From NCBI GenBank assembly GCA_964016885.1, contig OZ024759.1:1612001-1676000 (forward strand): a DNA stretch of 64,000 bases, read 5' to 3'. Positions 30,401 through 48,400 of this stretch are shown here, in pieces. The position numbers and the translations under genes are program-made. Each line of letters opens with the position of its first letter. The first letter of the stretch is position 1. The notes under the pieces were generated by a model. The model searched no databases, was not told where the DNA came from, and saw only the letters and a program-made list of their open reading frames with translations. Source of the DNA: Eledone cirrhosa. Taxonomy: Eukaryota.

Positions 30401-33400
30401 AGTCTACATTAGTAACATGACACAGTCTATATTAGTAACATGACAAAGTCGATATTAGTAACATGACAATGTCTATATTAGTAACATGACAAAGTCTATA
30501 TTAGTAACATGACACAGTCTATATTACTAACATGACACAGCCTATATTAGTAACATGACACAGTCTATATTAGTAACATGACAAAGTCTATATTAGTAAC
30601 ATGACAAAGTCTATATTAGTAACATGACAAAGTCTATATTAGTAACATGACACAGTCTATATTAGTAACATGACACAGTCTATATTAGTAGCATGACACA
30701 GTCCATATTAGTAACATGATACAGTCTATATTAGTAACATGACAAAGTCTATATTAGTAACATGACAAAGTCTATATTAGTAAAATGACAAAGTCTATAT
30801 TAGTAACATGACAAAGTCTTTATTAGTAACATGACACAGTCTATATTAGTAACATGACACAGTCTATATTAGTAACATGACAAAGTCTATATTAGTAACA
30901 TGACAAAGTCTATATTAGTAACATGACACAGTCTATATTAGTAACATGACACAGTCTATATTAGTAACATGACAAAGTCTATATTAGTAACATGACAAAA
31001 TCTATATTAGTAACATGACACAGTCTATATTAGTAACATGACACAGTCTATATTAGTAACATGACACAGTCTATATTAGTAACATTAGACAGTCTATATT
31101 AGTAGCATGACAAAGTCTATATTAGTAACATGACACAGTCTACATTAGTAACATGACAAAGTCTATATTAGTAACATGACACAGTCTATATTAGTAACAT
31201 GAGACAGTCTATATTAGTAACATGACAAAGTCTATATTAGTAACATGACAAAGTCTATATTAGTAAAATGACAAAGTCTATATTAGTAACATGACAAAGT
31301 CTTTATTAGTAACATGACACAGTCTATATTAGTAACATGACACAGTATATATTAGTAACATGACAAAGTCTATATTAGTAACATGACACAGTCTATATTA
31401 GTAACATGACACAGTCTATATTAGTAACATGACAAAGTCTATATTAGTAACATGACAAAGTCTATATTAGTAACATGACAAAGTCTATATTAGTAACATG
31501 ACAAAGTCTATATTAGTAAAATGACACAGTCTATATTAGTAACATGACAAAGTCTATATTAGTAACATGACACAGTCTATATTAGTAACATGACACAGTC
31601 TATATTAGTAGCATGACACAGTCTATATTAGTAACATGATACAGTCTATATTAGTAACATGACAAAGTCTATATTAGTAACATGACAAAGTCTATATTAG
31701 TAACATGACAAAGTCTATATTAGTAACATGACACAGTCTATATTAGTAACATGACACAGTCTATATTAGTAACATGACAAAGTCTATATTAGTAACATGA
31801 CACAGTCTATATTAGTAACATGACACAGTCTATATTAGTAGCATGACACAGTCTATATTAGTAACATGATACAGTCTATATTAGTAACATGACAAAGTCT
31901 ATATTAGTAACATGACAAAGTCTATATTAGTAAAATGACAAAGTCTATATTAGTAACATGACAAAGTCTTTATTAGTAACATGACACAGTCTATATTAGT
32001 AACATGACACAGTCTATATTAGTAACATGACAAAGTCTATATTAGTAACATGACAAAGTCTATATTAGTAACATGACACAGTCTATATTAGTAACATCAC
32101 ACAGTCTATATTAGTAACATGACAAAGTCTATATTAGTAACATGACAAAGTCTATATTAGTAACATGACAAAGTCTATATTAGTAACATGACAAAGTCTA
32201 TATTAGTAACATGACAAAGTCTATATTAGTAGCATGACAAAGTATGTATTAGTAACATGACAAGGTCAATATTAGTAACATGACAAAGTCTATATTAGTA
32301 ACATGACAAAGTCTATATTAGTAACATGCCACAGTCTATATTAGTAACATGACAAAGTCTATATTAGTAGCATGACAAAGTCTATATTAGTAACATGACA
32401 AAGTCTATATTAGTAACATGACAAAGTCTATATTAGTAACATGACAAAGTCTATATTAGTAACATGACAAAGTCTATATTAGTAACATGACAAAGTCTAT
32501 ATTAGTAACATGACACAGTCTATATTAGTAACATGACAGTCTATATTAGTAACATGACAGTCTACATTAGTAACATGACACAGTCTATATTAGTAACATG
32601 ACAAAGTCGATATTAGTAACATGACAATGTCTATATTAGTAACATGACAAAGTCTATATTAGTAACATGACACAGTCTACATTAGTAACATGACAAAGTC
32701 TATATTAGTAACATGACACAGTCTATATTAGTAACATGAGACAGTCTATATTAGTAACATGACTAAGTCTATATTAGTAACATGACACAGTCTATATTAG
32801 TAACATGACACAGTCTATATTAGTAACATGACAAAGTCTATATTAGTAACATGACAAAGTTTATATTAGTAACATGACAAAGTCTATATTAGTAACATGA
32901 CACAGTCTATATTAGTAACATGACGAAGTCTATATTAGTAACATGACACAGTCTATATTAGTAACATGACACAGTCTATATTAGTAACATGACAAAGTCT
33001 ATATTAGTAACATGACACAGTCTATATTAGTAAAATGACAAAGTCTATATTAGTAACATGACAAAGTCTTTATTACTAACATGACACAGTCTATATTAGT
33101 AACATGACACAGTCTATATTAGTAACATGACAAAGTCTATATTAGTAACATGACACAGTCTATATTAGTAACATGACACAGTCTATATTAGTAACATGAC
33201 AAAGTCTATATTAGTAACATGACAAAGTCTATATTAGTAACATGACAAAGTCTATATTAGTAACATGACAAAGTCTATATTAGTAGCATGACAAAGTCTG
33301 TATTAGTAACATGACAAGGTCAATATTAGTAACATGACAAAGTCTATATTAGTAACATGACAAAGTCTATATTAGTAACATGACACAGTCTATATTAGTA

Positions 33401-36400
33401 ACATGACAAAGTCTATATTAGTAGCATGACAAAGTCTATATTAGTAACATGACAAAGTCTATATTAGTAACATGACAAAGTCTATATTAGTAACATGACA
33501 AAGTCTATATTAGTAACATGACAAAGTCTATATTAGTAACATGACAAAGTCTATATTAGTAACATGACACAGTCTATATTAGTAACATGACAGTCTATAT
33601 TAGTAACATGACAGTCTACATTAGTAACATGACACAGTCTATATTAGTAACATGACAAAGTCGATATTAGTAACATGACAATGTCTATATTAGTAACATG
33701 ACAAAGTCTATATTAGTAACATGACACAGTCTATATTACTAACATGACACAGCCTATATTAGTAACATGACACAGTCTATATTAGTAACATGACAAAGTC
33801 TATATTAGTAACATGACAAAGTCTATATTAGTAACATGACAAAGTCTATATTAGTAACATGACACAGTCTATATTAGTAGCATGACACAGTCCATATTAG
33901 TAACATGATACAGTCTATATTAGTAACATGACAAAGTCTATATTAGTAACATGACAAAGTCTATATTAGTAAAATGACAAAGTCTATATTAGTAACATGA
34001 CAAAGTCTTTATTAGTAACATGACACAGTCTATATTAGTAACATGACACAGTCTATATTAGTAACATGACAAAGTCTATATTAGTAACATGACAAAGTCT
34101 ATATTAGTAACATGACACAGTCTATATTAGTAACATGACACAGTCTATATTAGTAACATGACAAAGTCTATATTAGTAACATGACAAAATCTATATTAGT
34201 AACATGACACAGTCTATATTAGTAACATGACACAGTCTATATTAGTAACATGACACAGTCTATATTAGTAACATTAGACAGTCTATATTAGTAGCATGAC
34301 AAAGTCTATATTAGTAACATGACACAGTCTACATTAGTAACATGACAAAGTCTATATTAGTAACATGACACAGTCTATATTAGTAACATGAGACAGTCTA
34401 TATTAGTAACATGACAAAGTCTATATTAGTAACATGACAAAGTCTATATTAGCAAAATGACACAGTCTATATTAGTAACATGACACAGTCTATATTAGTA
34501 ACATGACAAAGTCTATATTAGTAACATGACAAAGTCTATATTAGTAACATGACAAAGTCTATATTAGTAACATGACAAAGTCTATATTAGTAGCATGACA
34601 AAGTCTGTATTAGTAACATGACACAGTCTATATTAGTAACATGACAAAGTCTATATTAGTAACATGACAAAGTCTATATTAGTAACATGACAAAGTCTAT
34701 ATTAGTAACATGACAAAGTCTATATTAGTAACATGACAAAATCTATATTAGTAACATGACACAGTCTATATTAGTAACATGACACAATCTATATTAGTAA
34801 CATGACACAGTCTATATTAGTAACATTAGACAGTCTATATTAGTAGCATGACAAAGTCTATATTAGTAACATGACACAGTCTACATTAGTAACATGACAA
34901 AGTCTATATTAGTAACATGACACAGTCTATATTAGTAACATGAGACAGTCTATATTAGTAACATGACAAAGTCTATATTAGTAACATGACAAAGTCTATA
35001 TTAGTAACATGACAAAGTCTATATTAGTAAAATGACAAAGTCTATATTAGTAACATGACAAAGTCTTTATTAGTAACATGACACAGTCTATATTAGTAAC
35101 ATGACACAGTATATATTAGTAACATGACAAAGTCTATATTAGTAACATGACACAGTCTATATTAGTAACATGACACAGTCTATATTAGTAACATGACAAA
35201 GTCTATATTAGTAACATGACAAAGTCTATATTAGTAACATGACAAAGTCTATATTAGTAACATGACAAAGTCTATATTAGTAAAATGACACAGTCTATAT
35301 TAGTAACATGACAAAGTCTATATTAGTAACATGACACAGTCTATATTAGTAACATGACACAGTCTATATTAGTAGCATGACACAGTCTATATTAGTAACA
35401 TGATACAGTCTATATTAGTAACATGACAAAGTCTATATTAGTAACATGACAAAGTCTATATTAGTAACATGACAAAGTCTATATTAGTAACATGACACAG
35501 TCTATATTAGTAACATGACACAGTCTATATTAGTAACATGACAAAGTCTATATTAGTAACATGACACAGTCTATATTAGTAACATGACACAGTCTATATT
35601 AGTAGCATGACACAGTCTATATTAGTAACATGATACAGTCTATATTAGTAACATGACAAAGTCTATATTAGTAACATGACAAAGTCTATATTAGTAAAAT
35701 GACAAAGTCTATATTAGTAACATGACAAAGTCTTTATTAGTAACATGACACAGTCTATATTAGTAACATGACACAGTCTATATTAGTAACATGACAAAGT
35801 CTATATTAGTAACATGACAAAGTCTATATTAGTAACATGACACAGTCTATATTAGTAACATCACACAGTCTATATTAGTAACATGACAAAGTCTATATTA
35901 GTAACATGACAAAGTCTATATTAGTAACATGACACAGTCTATATTAGTAACATGACACAGTCTATATTAGTAACATGACACAGTCTATATTAGTAACATG
36001 AGACAGTCTATATTAGTAGCATGACAAAGTCTATATTAGTAACATGACACAGTCTACATTAGTAACATGACAAAGTCTATATTAGTAACATGACACAGTC
36101 TATATTAGTAACATGAGACAGTCTATATTAGTAACATGACTAAGTCTATATTAGTAACATGACACAGTCTATATTAGTAACATGACACAGTCTATATTAG
36201 TAACATGACAAAGTCTATATTAGTAACATGACAAAGTTTATATTAGTAACATGACAAAGTCTATATTAGTAACATGACACAGTCTATATTAGTAACATGA
36301 CGAAGTCTATATTAGTAACATGACACAGTCTATATTAGTAACATGACACAGTCTATATTAGTAACATGACAAAGTCTATATTAGTAACATGACACAGTCT

Positions 36401-39400
36401 ATATTAGTAAAATGACAAAGTCTATATTAGTAACATGACAAAGTCTTTATTACTAACATGACACAGTCTATATTAGTAACATGACACAGTCTATATTAGT
36501 AACATGACAAAGTCTATATTAGTAACATGACACAGTCTATATTAGTAACATGACACAGTCTATATTAGTAACATGACAAAGTCTATATTAGTAACATGAC
36601 AAAGTCTATATTAGTAACATGACAAAGTCTATATTAGTAACATGACAAAGTCTATATTAGTAGCATGACAAAGTATGTATTAGTAACATGACAAGGTCAA
36701 TATTAGTAACATGACAAAGTCTATATTAGTAGCATGACAAAGTCTATATTAGTAACATGACAAAGTCTATATTAGTAACATGACAAAGTCTATATTAGTA
36801 ACATGACAAAGTCTATATTAGTAACATGACAACGTCTATATTAGTAACATGACAAAGTCTATATTAGTAACATGACACAGTCTATATTAGTAACATGACA
36901 GTCTATATTAGTAACATGACAGTCTACATTAGTAACATGACACAGTCTATATTAGTAACATGACAAAGTCGATATTAGTAACATGACAATGTCTATATTA
37001 GTAACATGACAAAGTCTATATTAGTAACATGACACAGTCTATATTACTAACATGACACAGCCTATATTAGTAACATGACACAGTCTATATTAGTAACATG
37101 ACAAAGTCTATATTAGTAACATGACAAAGTCTATATTAGTAACATGACAAAGTCTATATTAGTAACATGACACAGTCTATATTAGTAACATGACACAGTC
37201 TATATTAGTAGCATGACACAGTCCATATTAGTAACATGATACAGTCTATATTAGTAACATGACAAAGTCTATATTAGTAACATGACAAAGTCTATATTAG
37301 TAAAATGACAAAGTCTATATTAGTAACATGACAAAGTCTTTATTAGTAACATGACACAGTCTATATTAGTAACATGACACAGTCTATATTAGTAACATGA
37401 CAAAGTCTATATTAGTAACATGACAAAGTCTATATTAGTAACATGACACAGTCTATATTAGTAACATGACACAGTCTATATTAGTAACATGACAAAGTCT
37501 ATATTAGTAACATGACACAATCTATATTAGTAACATGACACAGTCTATATTAGTAACATGACACAGTCTATATTAGTAACATGACACAGTCTATATTAGT
37601 AACATTAGACAGTCTATATTAGTAGCATGACAAAGTCTATATTAGTAACATGACACAGTCTACATTAGTAACATGACAAAGTCTATATTAGTAACATGAC
37701 ACAGTCTATATTAGTAACATGAGACAGTCTATATTAGTAACATGACAAAGTCTATATTAGTAACATGACAAAGTCTATATTAGTAAAATGACAAAGTCTA
37801 TATTAGTAACATGACAAAGTCTTTATTAGTAACATGACACAGTCTATATTAGTAACATGACACAGTATATATTAGTAACATGACAAAGTCTATATTAGTA
37901 ACATGACACAGTCTATATTAGTAACATGACACAGTCTATATTAGTAACATGACAAAGTCTATATTAGTAACATGACAAAGTCTATATTAGTAACATGACA
38001 AAGTCTATATTAGTAACATGACAAAGTCTATATTAGTAAAATGACACAGTCTATATTAGTAACATGACAAAGTCTATATTAGTAACATGACACAGTCTAT
38101 ATTAGTAACATGACACAGTCTATATTAGTAGCATGACACAGTCTATATTAGTAACATGATACAGTCTATATTAGTAACATGACAAAGTCTATATTAGTAA
38201 CATGACAAAGTCTATATTAGTAACATGACAAAGTCTATATTAGTAACATGACACAGTCTATATTAGTAACATGACACAGTCTATATTAGTAACATGACAA
38301 AGTCTATATTAGTAACATGACACAGTCTATATTAGTAACATGACACAGTCTATATTAGTAGCATGACACAGTCTATATTAGTAACATGATACAGTCTATA
38401 TTAGTAACATGACAAAGTCTATATTAGTAACATGACAAAGTCTATATTAGTAAAATGACAAAGTCTATATTAGTAACATGACACAGTCTATATTAGTAAC
38501 ATGAGACAGTCTATATTAGTAACATGACTAAGTCTATATTAGTAACATGACACAGTCTATATTAGTAACATGACACAGTCTATATTAGTAACATGACACA
38601 GTCTATATTAGTAACATGAGACAGTCTATATTAGTAGCATGACAAAGTCTATATTAGTAACATGACACAGTCTACATTAGTAACATGACAAAGTCTATAT
38701 TAGTAACATGACACAGTCTATATTAGTAACATGAGACAGTCTATATTAGTAACATGACTAAGTCTATATTAGTAACATGACACAGTCTATATTAGTAACA
38801 TGACACAGTCTATATTAGTAACATGACAAAGTCTATATTAGTAACATGACAAAGTTTATATTAGTAACATGACAAAGTCTATATTAGTAACATGACACAG
38901 TCTATATTAGTAACATGACGAAGTCTATATTAGTAACATGACACAGTCTATATTAGTAACATGACACAGTCTATATTAGTAACATGACAAAGTCTATATT
39001 AGTAACATGACACAGTCTATATTAGTAAAATGACAAAGTCTATATTAGTAACATGACAAAGTCTTTATTACTAACATGACACAGTCTATATTAGTAACAT
39101 GACACAGTCTATATTAGTAACATGACAAAGTCTATATTAGTAACATGACACAGTCTATATTAGTAACATGACACAGTCTATATTAGTAACATGACAAAGT
39201 CTATATTAGTAACATGACAAAGTCTATATTAGTAACATGACAAAGTCTATATTAGTAACATGACAAAGTCTATATTAGTAGCATGACAAAGTCTGTATTA
39301 GTAACATGACAAGGTCAATATTAGTAACATGACAAAGTCTATATTAGTAACATGACAAAGTCTATATTAGTAACATGACACAGTCTATATTAGTAACATG

Positions 39401-42400
39401 ACAAAGTCTATATTAGTAGCATGACAAAGTCTATATTAGTAACATGACAAAGTCTATATTAGTAACATGACAAAGTCTATATTAGTAACATGACAAAGTC
39501 TATATTAGTAACATGACAAAGTCTATATTAGTAACATGACAAAGTCTATATTAGTAACATGACACAGTCTATATTAGTAACATGACAGTCTATATTAGTA
39601 ACATGACAGTCTACATTAGTAACATGACACAGTCTATATTAGTAACATGACAAAGTCGATATTAGTAACATGACAATGTCTATATTAGTAACATGACAAA
39701 GTCTATATTAGTAACATGACACAGTCTATATTACTAACATGACACAGCCTATATTAGTAACATGACACAGTCTATATTAGTAACATGACAAAGTCTATAT
39801 TAGTAACATGACAAAGTCTATATTAGTAACATGACAAAGTCTATATTAGTAACATGACACAGTCTATATTAGTAGCATGACACAGTCCATATTAGTAACA
39901 TGATACAGTCTATATTAGTAACATGACAAAGTCTATATTAGTAACATGACAAAGTCTATATTAGTAAAATGACAAAGTCTATATTAGTAACATGACAAAG
40001 TCTTTATTAGTAACATGACACAGTCTATATTAGTAACATGACACAGTCTATATTAGTAACATGACAAAGTCTATATTAGTAACATGACAAAGTCTATATT
40101 AGTAACATGACACAGTCTATATTAGTAACATGACACAGTCTATATTAGTAACATGACAAAGTCTATATTAGTAACATGACAAAATCTATATTAGTAACAT
40201 GACACAGTCTATATTAGTAACATGACACAGTCTATATTAGTAACATGACACAGTCTATATTAGTAACATTAGACAGTCTATATTAGTAGCATGACAAAGT
40301 CTATATTAGTAACATGACACAGTCTACATTAGTAACATGACAAAGTCTATATTAGTAACATGACACAGTCTATATTAGTAACATGAGACAGTCTATATTA
40401 GTAACATGACAAAGTCTATATTAGTAACATGACAAAGTCTATATTAGCAAAATGACACAGTCTATATTAGTAACATGACACTGTCTATATTAGTAACATG
40501 ACAAAGTCTATATTAGTAACATGACAAAGTCTATATTAGTAACATGACAAAGTCTATATTAGTAACATGACAAAGTCTATATTAGTAGCATGACAAAGTA
40601 TGTATTAGTAACATGACACAGTCTATATTAGTAACATGACAAAGTCTATATTAGTAACATGACAAAGTCTATATTAGTAACATGACAAAGTCTATATTAG
40701 TAACATGACAAAGTCTATATTAGTAACATGACAAAATCTATATTAGTAACATGACACAGTCTATATTAGTAACATGACACAATCTATATTAGTAACATGA
40801 CACAGTCTATATTAGTAACATTAGACAGTCTATATTAGTAGCATGACAAAGTCTATATTAGTAACATGACACAGTCTACATTAGTAACATGACAAAGTCT
40901 ATATTAGTAACATGACACAGTCTATATTAGTAACATGAGACAGTCTATATTAGTAACATGACAAAGTCTATATTAGTAACATGACAAAGTCTATATTAGT
41001 AACATGACAAAGTCTATATTAGTAAAATGACAAAGTCTATATTAGTAACATGACAAAGTCTTTATTAGTAACATGACACAGTCTATATTAGTAACATGAC
41101 ACAGTATATATTAGTAACATGACAAAGTCTATATTAGTAACATGACACAGTCTATATTAGTAACATGACACAGTCTATATTAGTAACATGACAAAGTCTA
41201 TATTAGTAACATGACAAAGTCTATATTAGTAACATGACAAAGTCTATATTAGTAACATGACACAGTCTATATTAGTAAAATGACACAGTCTATATTAGTA
41301 ACATGACAAAGTCTATATTAGTAACATGACACAGTCTATATTAGTAACATGACACAGTCTATATTAGTAGCATGACACAGTCTATATTAGTAACATGATA
41401 CAGTCTATATTAGTAACATGACAAAGTCTATATTAGTAACATGACAAAGTCTATATTAGTAACATGACAAAGTCTATATTAGTAACATGACACAGTCTAT
41501 ATTAGTAACATGACACAGTCTATATTAGTAACATGACAAAGTCTATATTAGTAACATGACACAGTCTATATTAGTAACATGACACAGTCTATATTAGTAG
41601 CATGACACAGTCTATATTAATAACATGATACAGTCTATATTAGTAACATGACAAAGTCTATATTAGTAACATGACAAAGTCTATATTAGTAAAATGACAA
41701 AGTCTATATTAGTAACATGACAAAGTCTTTATTAGTAACATGACACAGTCTATATTAGTAACATGACACAGTCTATATTAGTAACATGACAAAGTCTATA
41801 TTAGTAACATGACAAAGTCTATATTAGTAACATGACACAGTCTATATTAGTAACATCACACAGTCTATATTAGTAACATGACAAAGTCTATATTAGTAAC
41901 ATGACAAAGTCTATATTAGTAACATGACGAAGTCTATATTAGTAACATGACAAAGTCTATATTAGTAACATGACACAGTCTATATTACTAACATGACACA
42001 GCCTATATTAGTAACATGACACAGTCTATATTAGTAACATGACAAAGTCTATATTAGTAACATGACAAAGTCTATATTAGTAACATGACAAAGTCTATAT
42101 TAGTAACATGACACAGTCTATATTAGTAACATGACACAGTCTATATTAGTAGCATGACACAGTCCATATTAGTAACATGATACAGTCTATATTAGTAACA
42201 TGACAAAGTCTATATTAGTAACATGACAAAGTCTATATTAGTAAAATGACAAAGTCTATATTAGTAACATGACAAAGTCTTTATTAGTAACATGACACAG
42301 TCTATATTAGTAACATGACACAGTCTATATTAGTAACATGACAAAGTCTATATTAGTAACATGACAAAGTCTATATTAGTAACATGACACAGTCTATATT

Positions 42401-45400
42401 AGTAACATGACACAGTCTATATTAGTAACATGACAAAGTCTATATTAGTAACATGACACAATCTATATTAGTAACATGACACAGTCTATATTAGTAACAT
42501 GACACAGTCTATATTAGTAACATGACACAGTCTATATTAGTAACATTAGACAGTCTATATTAGTAGCATGACAAAGTCTATATTAGTAACATGACACAGT
42601 CTACATTAGTAACATGACAAAGTCTATATTAGTAACATGACACAGTCTATATTAGTAACATGAGACAGTCTATATTAGTAACATGACAAAGTCTATATTA
42701 GTAACATGACAAAGTCTATATTAGTAAAATGACAAAGTCTATATTAGTAACATGACAAAGTCTTTATTAGTAACATGACACAGTCTATATTAGTAACATG
42801 ACACAGTATATATTAGTAACATGACAAAGTCTATATTAGTAACATGACACAGTCTATATTAGTAACATGACACAGTCTATATTAGTAACATGACAAAGTC
42901 TATATTAGTAACATGACAAAGTCTATATTAGTAACATGACAAAGTCTATATTAGTAACATGACAAAGTCTATATTAGTAAAATGACACAGTCTATATTAG
43001 TAACATGACAAAGTCTATATTAGTAACATGACACAGTCTATATTAGTAACATGACACAGTCTATATTAGTAGCATGACACAGTCTATATTAGTAACATGA
43101 TACAGTCTATATTAGTAACATGACAAAGTCTATATTAGTAACATGACAAAGTCTATATTAGTAACATGACAAAGTCTATATTAGTAACATGACACAGTCT
43201 ATATTAGTAACATGACACAGTCTATATTAGTAACATGACAAAGTCTATATTAGTAACATGACACAGTCTATATTAGTAACATGACACAGTCTATATTAGT
43301 AGCATGACACAGTCTATATTAGTAACATGATACAGTCTATATTAGTAACATGACAAAGTCTATATTAGTAACATGACAAAGTCTATATTAGTAAAATGAC
43401 AAAGTCTATATTAGTAACATGACACAGTCTATATTAGTAACATGAGACAGTCTATATTAGTAACATGACTAAGTCTATATTAGTAACATGACACAGTCTA
43501 TATTAGTAACATGACACAGTCTATATTAGTAACATGACACAGTCTATATTAGTAACATGAGACAGTCTATATTAGTAGCATGACAAAGTCTATATTAGTA
43601 ACATGACACAGTCTACATTAGTAACATGACAAAGTCTATATTAGTAACATGACACAGTCTATATTAGTAACATGAGACAGTCTATATTAGTAACATGACT
43701 AAGTCTATATTAGTAACATGACACAGTCTATATTAGTAACATGACACAGTCTATATTAGTAACATGACAAAGTCTATATTAGTAACATGACAAAGTTTAT
43801 ATTAGTAACATGACAAAGTCTATATTAGTAACATGACACAGTCTATATTAGTAACATGACGAAGTCTATATTAGTAACATGACACAGTCTATATTAGTAA
43901 CATGACACAGTCTATATTAGTAACATGACAAAGTCTATATTAGTAACATGACACAGTCTATATTAGTAAAATGACAAAGTCTATATTAGTAACATGACAA
44001 AGTCTTTATTACTAACATGACACAGTCTATATTAGTAACATGACACAGTCTATATTAGTAACATGACAAAGTCTATATTAGTAACATGACACAGTCTATA
44101 TTAGTAACATGACACAGTCTATATTAGTAACATGACAAAGTCTATATTAGTAACATGACAAAGTCTATATTAGTAACATGACAAAGTCTATATTAGTAAC
44201 ATGACAAAGTCTATATTAGTAGCATGACAAAGTCTGTATTAGTAACATGACAAGGTCAATATTAGTAACATGACAAAGTCTATATTAGTAACATGACAAA
44301 GTCTATATTAGTAACATGACACAGTCTATATTAGTAACATGACAAAGTCTATATTAGTAGCATGACAAAGTCTATATTAGTAACATGACAAAGTCTATAT
44401 TAGTAACATGACAAAGTCTATATTAGTAACATGACAAAGTCTATATTAGTAACATGACAAAGTCTATATTAGTAACATGACAAAGTCTATATTAGTAACA
44501 TGACACAGTCTATATTAGTAACATGACAGTCTATATTAGTAACATGACAGTCTACATTAGTAACATGACACAGTCTATATTAGTAACATGACAAAGTCGA
44601 TATTAGTAACATGACAATGTCTATATTAGTAACATGACAAAGTCTATATTAGTAACATGACACAGTCTATATTACTAACATGACACAGCCTATATTAGTA
44701 ACATGACACAGTCTATATTAGTAACATGACAAAGTCTATATTAGTAACATGACAAAGTCTATATTAGTAACATGACAAAGTCTATATTAGTAACATGACA
44801 CAGTCTATATTAGTAGCATGACACAGTCCATATTAGTAACATGATACAGTCTATATTAGTAACATGACAAAGTCTATATTAGTAACATGACAAAGTCTAT
44901 ATTAGTAAAATGACAAAGTCTATATTAGTAACATGACAAAGTCTTTATTAGTAACATGACACAGTCTATATTAGTAACATGACACAGTCTATATTAGTAA
45001 CATGACAAAGTCTATATTAGTAACATGACAAAGTCTATATTAGTAACATGACACAGTCTATATTAGTAACATGACACAGTCTATATTAGTAACATGACAA
45101 AGTCTATATTAGTAACATGACAAAATCTATATTAGTAACATGACACAGTCTATATTAGTAACATGACACAGTCTATATTAGTAACATGACACAGTCTATA
45201 TTAGTAACATTAGACAGTCTATATTAGTAGCATGACAAAGTCTATATTAGTAACATGACACAGTCTACATTAGTAACATGACAAAGTCTATATTAGTAAC
45301 ATGACACAGTCTATATTAGTAACATGAGACAGTCTATATTAGTAACATGACAAAGTCTATATTAGTAACATGACAAAGTCTATATTAGCAAAATGACACA

Positions 45401-48400
45401 GTCTATATTAGTAACATGACACTGTCTATATTAGTAACATGACAAAGTCTATATTAGTAACATGACAAAGTCTATATTAGTAACATGACAAAGTCTATAT
45501 TAGTAACATGACAAAGTCTATATTAGTAGCATGACAAAGTATGTATTAGTAACATGACACAGTCTATATTAGTAACATGACAAAGTCTATATTAGTAACA
45601 TGACAAAGTCTATATTAGTAACATGACAAAGTCTATATTAGTAACATGACAAAGTCTATATTAGTAACATGACAAAATCTATATTAGTAACATGACACAG
45701 TCTATATTAGTAACATGACACAATCTATATTAGTAACATGACACAGTCTATATTAGTAACATTAGACAGTCTATATTAGTAGCATGACAAAGTCTATATT
45801 AGTAACATGACACAGTCTACATTAGTAACATGACAAAGTCTATATTAGTAACATGACACAGTCTATATTAGTAACATGAGACAGTCTATATTAGTAACAT
45901 GACAAAGTCTATATTAGTAACATGACAAAGTCTATATTAGTAACATGACAAAGTCTATATTAGTAAAATGACAAAGTCTATATTAGTAACATGACAAAGT
46001 CTTTATTAGTAACATGACACAGTCTATATTAGTAACATGACACAGTATATATTAGTAACATGACAAAGTCTATATTAGTAACATGACACAGTCTATATTA
46101 GTAACATGACACAGTCTATATTAGTAACATGACAAAGTCTATATTAGTAACATGACAAAGTCTATATTAGTAACATGACAAAGTCTATATTAGTAACATG
46201 ACACAGTCTATATTAGTAAAATGACACAGTCTATATTAGTAACATGACAAAGTCTATATTAGTAACATGACACAGTCTATATTAGTAACATGACACAGTC
46301 TATATTAGTAGCATGACACAGTCTATATTAGTAACATGATACAGTCTATATTAGTAACATGACAAAGTCTATATTAGTAACATGACAAAGTCTATATTAG
46401 TAACATGACAAAGTCTATATTAGTAACATGACACAGTCTATATTAGTAACATGACACAGTCTATATTAGTAACATGACAAAGTCTATATTAGTAACATGA
46501 CACAGTCTATATTAGTAACATGACACAGTCTATATTAGTAGCATGACACAGTCTATATTAATAACATGATACAGTCTATATTAGTAACATGACAAAGTCT
46601 ATATTAGTAACATGACAAAGTCTATATTAGTAAAATGACAAAGTCTATATTAGTAACATGACAAAGTCTTTATTAGTAACATGACACAGTCTATATTAGT
46701 AACATGACACAGTCTATATTAGTAACATGACAAAGTCTATATTAGTAACATGACAAAGTCTATATTAGTAACATGACACAGTCTATATTAGTAACATCAC
46801 ACAGTCTATATTAGTAACATGACAAAGTCTATATTAGTAACATGACAAAGTCTATATTAGTAACATGACACAGTCTATATTAGTAACATGACACAGTCTA
46901 TATTAGTAACATGACACAGTCTATATTAGTAACATGAGACAGTCTATATTAGTAGCATGACAAAGTCTATATTAGTAACATGACACAGTCTACATTAGTA
47001 ACATGACAAAGTCTATATTAGTAACATGACACAGTCTATATTAGTAACATGAGACAGTCTATATTAGTAACATGACTAAGTCTATATTAGTAACATGACA
47101 CAGTCTATATTAGTAACATGACACAGTCTATATTAGTAACATGACAAAGTCTATATTAGTAACATGACAAAGTTTATATTAGTAACATGACAAAGTCTAT
47201 ATTAGTAACATGACACAGTCTATATTAGTAACATGACGAAGTCTATATTAGTAACATGACACAGTCTATATTAGTAACATGACACAGTCTATATTAGTAA
47301 CATGACAAAGTCTATATTAGTAACATGACACAGTCTATATTAGTAAAATGACAAAGTCTATATTAGTAACATGACAACGTCTTTATTACTAACATGACAC
47401 AGTCTATATTAGTAACATGACACAGTCTATATTAGTAACATGACAAAGTCTATATTAGTAACATGACCAAGTCTATATTAGTAACATGACAAAGTCTATA
47501 TTAGTAACATGACAAAGTCTATATTAGTAGCATGACAAAGTATGTATTAGTAACATGACAAGGTCAATATTAGTAACATGACAAAGTCTATATTAGTAAC
47601 ATGACAAAGTCTATATTAGTAACATGCCACAGTCTATATTAGTAACATGACAAAGTCTATATTAGTAGCATGACAAAGTCTATATTAGTAACATGACAAA
47701 GTCTATATTAGTAACATGACAAAGTCTATATTAGTAACATGACAAAGTCTATATTAGTAACATGACAAAGTCTATATTAGTAACATGACAAAGTCTATAT
47801 TAGTAACATGACACAGTCTATATTAGTAACATGACAGTCTATATTAGTAACATGACAGTCTACATTAGTAACATGACACAGTCTATATTAGTAACATGAC
47901 AAAGTCGATATTAGTAACATGACAATGTCTATATTAGTAACATGACAAAGTCTATATTAGTAACATGACACAGTCTATATTACTAACATGACACAGCCTA
48001 TATTAGTAACATGACACAGTCTATATTAGTAACATGACAAAGTCTATATTAGTAACATGACAAAGTCTATATTAGTAACATGACAAAGTCTATATTAGTA
48101 ACATGACACAGTCTATATTAGTAACATGACACAGTCTATATTAGTAGCATGACACAGTCCATATTAGTAACATGATACAGTCTATATTAGTAACATGACA
48201 AAGTCTATATTAGTAACATGACAAAGTCTATATTAGTAAAATGACAAAGTCTATATTAGTAACATGACAAAGTCTTTATTAGTAACATGACACAGTCTAT
48301 ATTAGTAACATGACACAGTCTATATTAGTAACATGACAAAGTCTATATTAGTAACATGACAAAGTCTATATTAGTAACATGACACAGTCTATATTAGTAA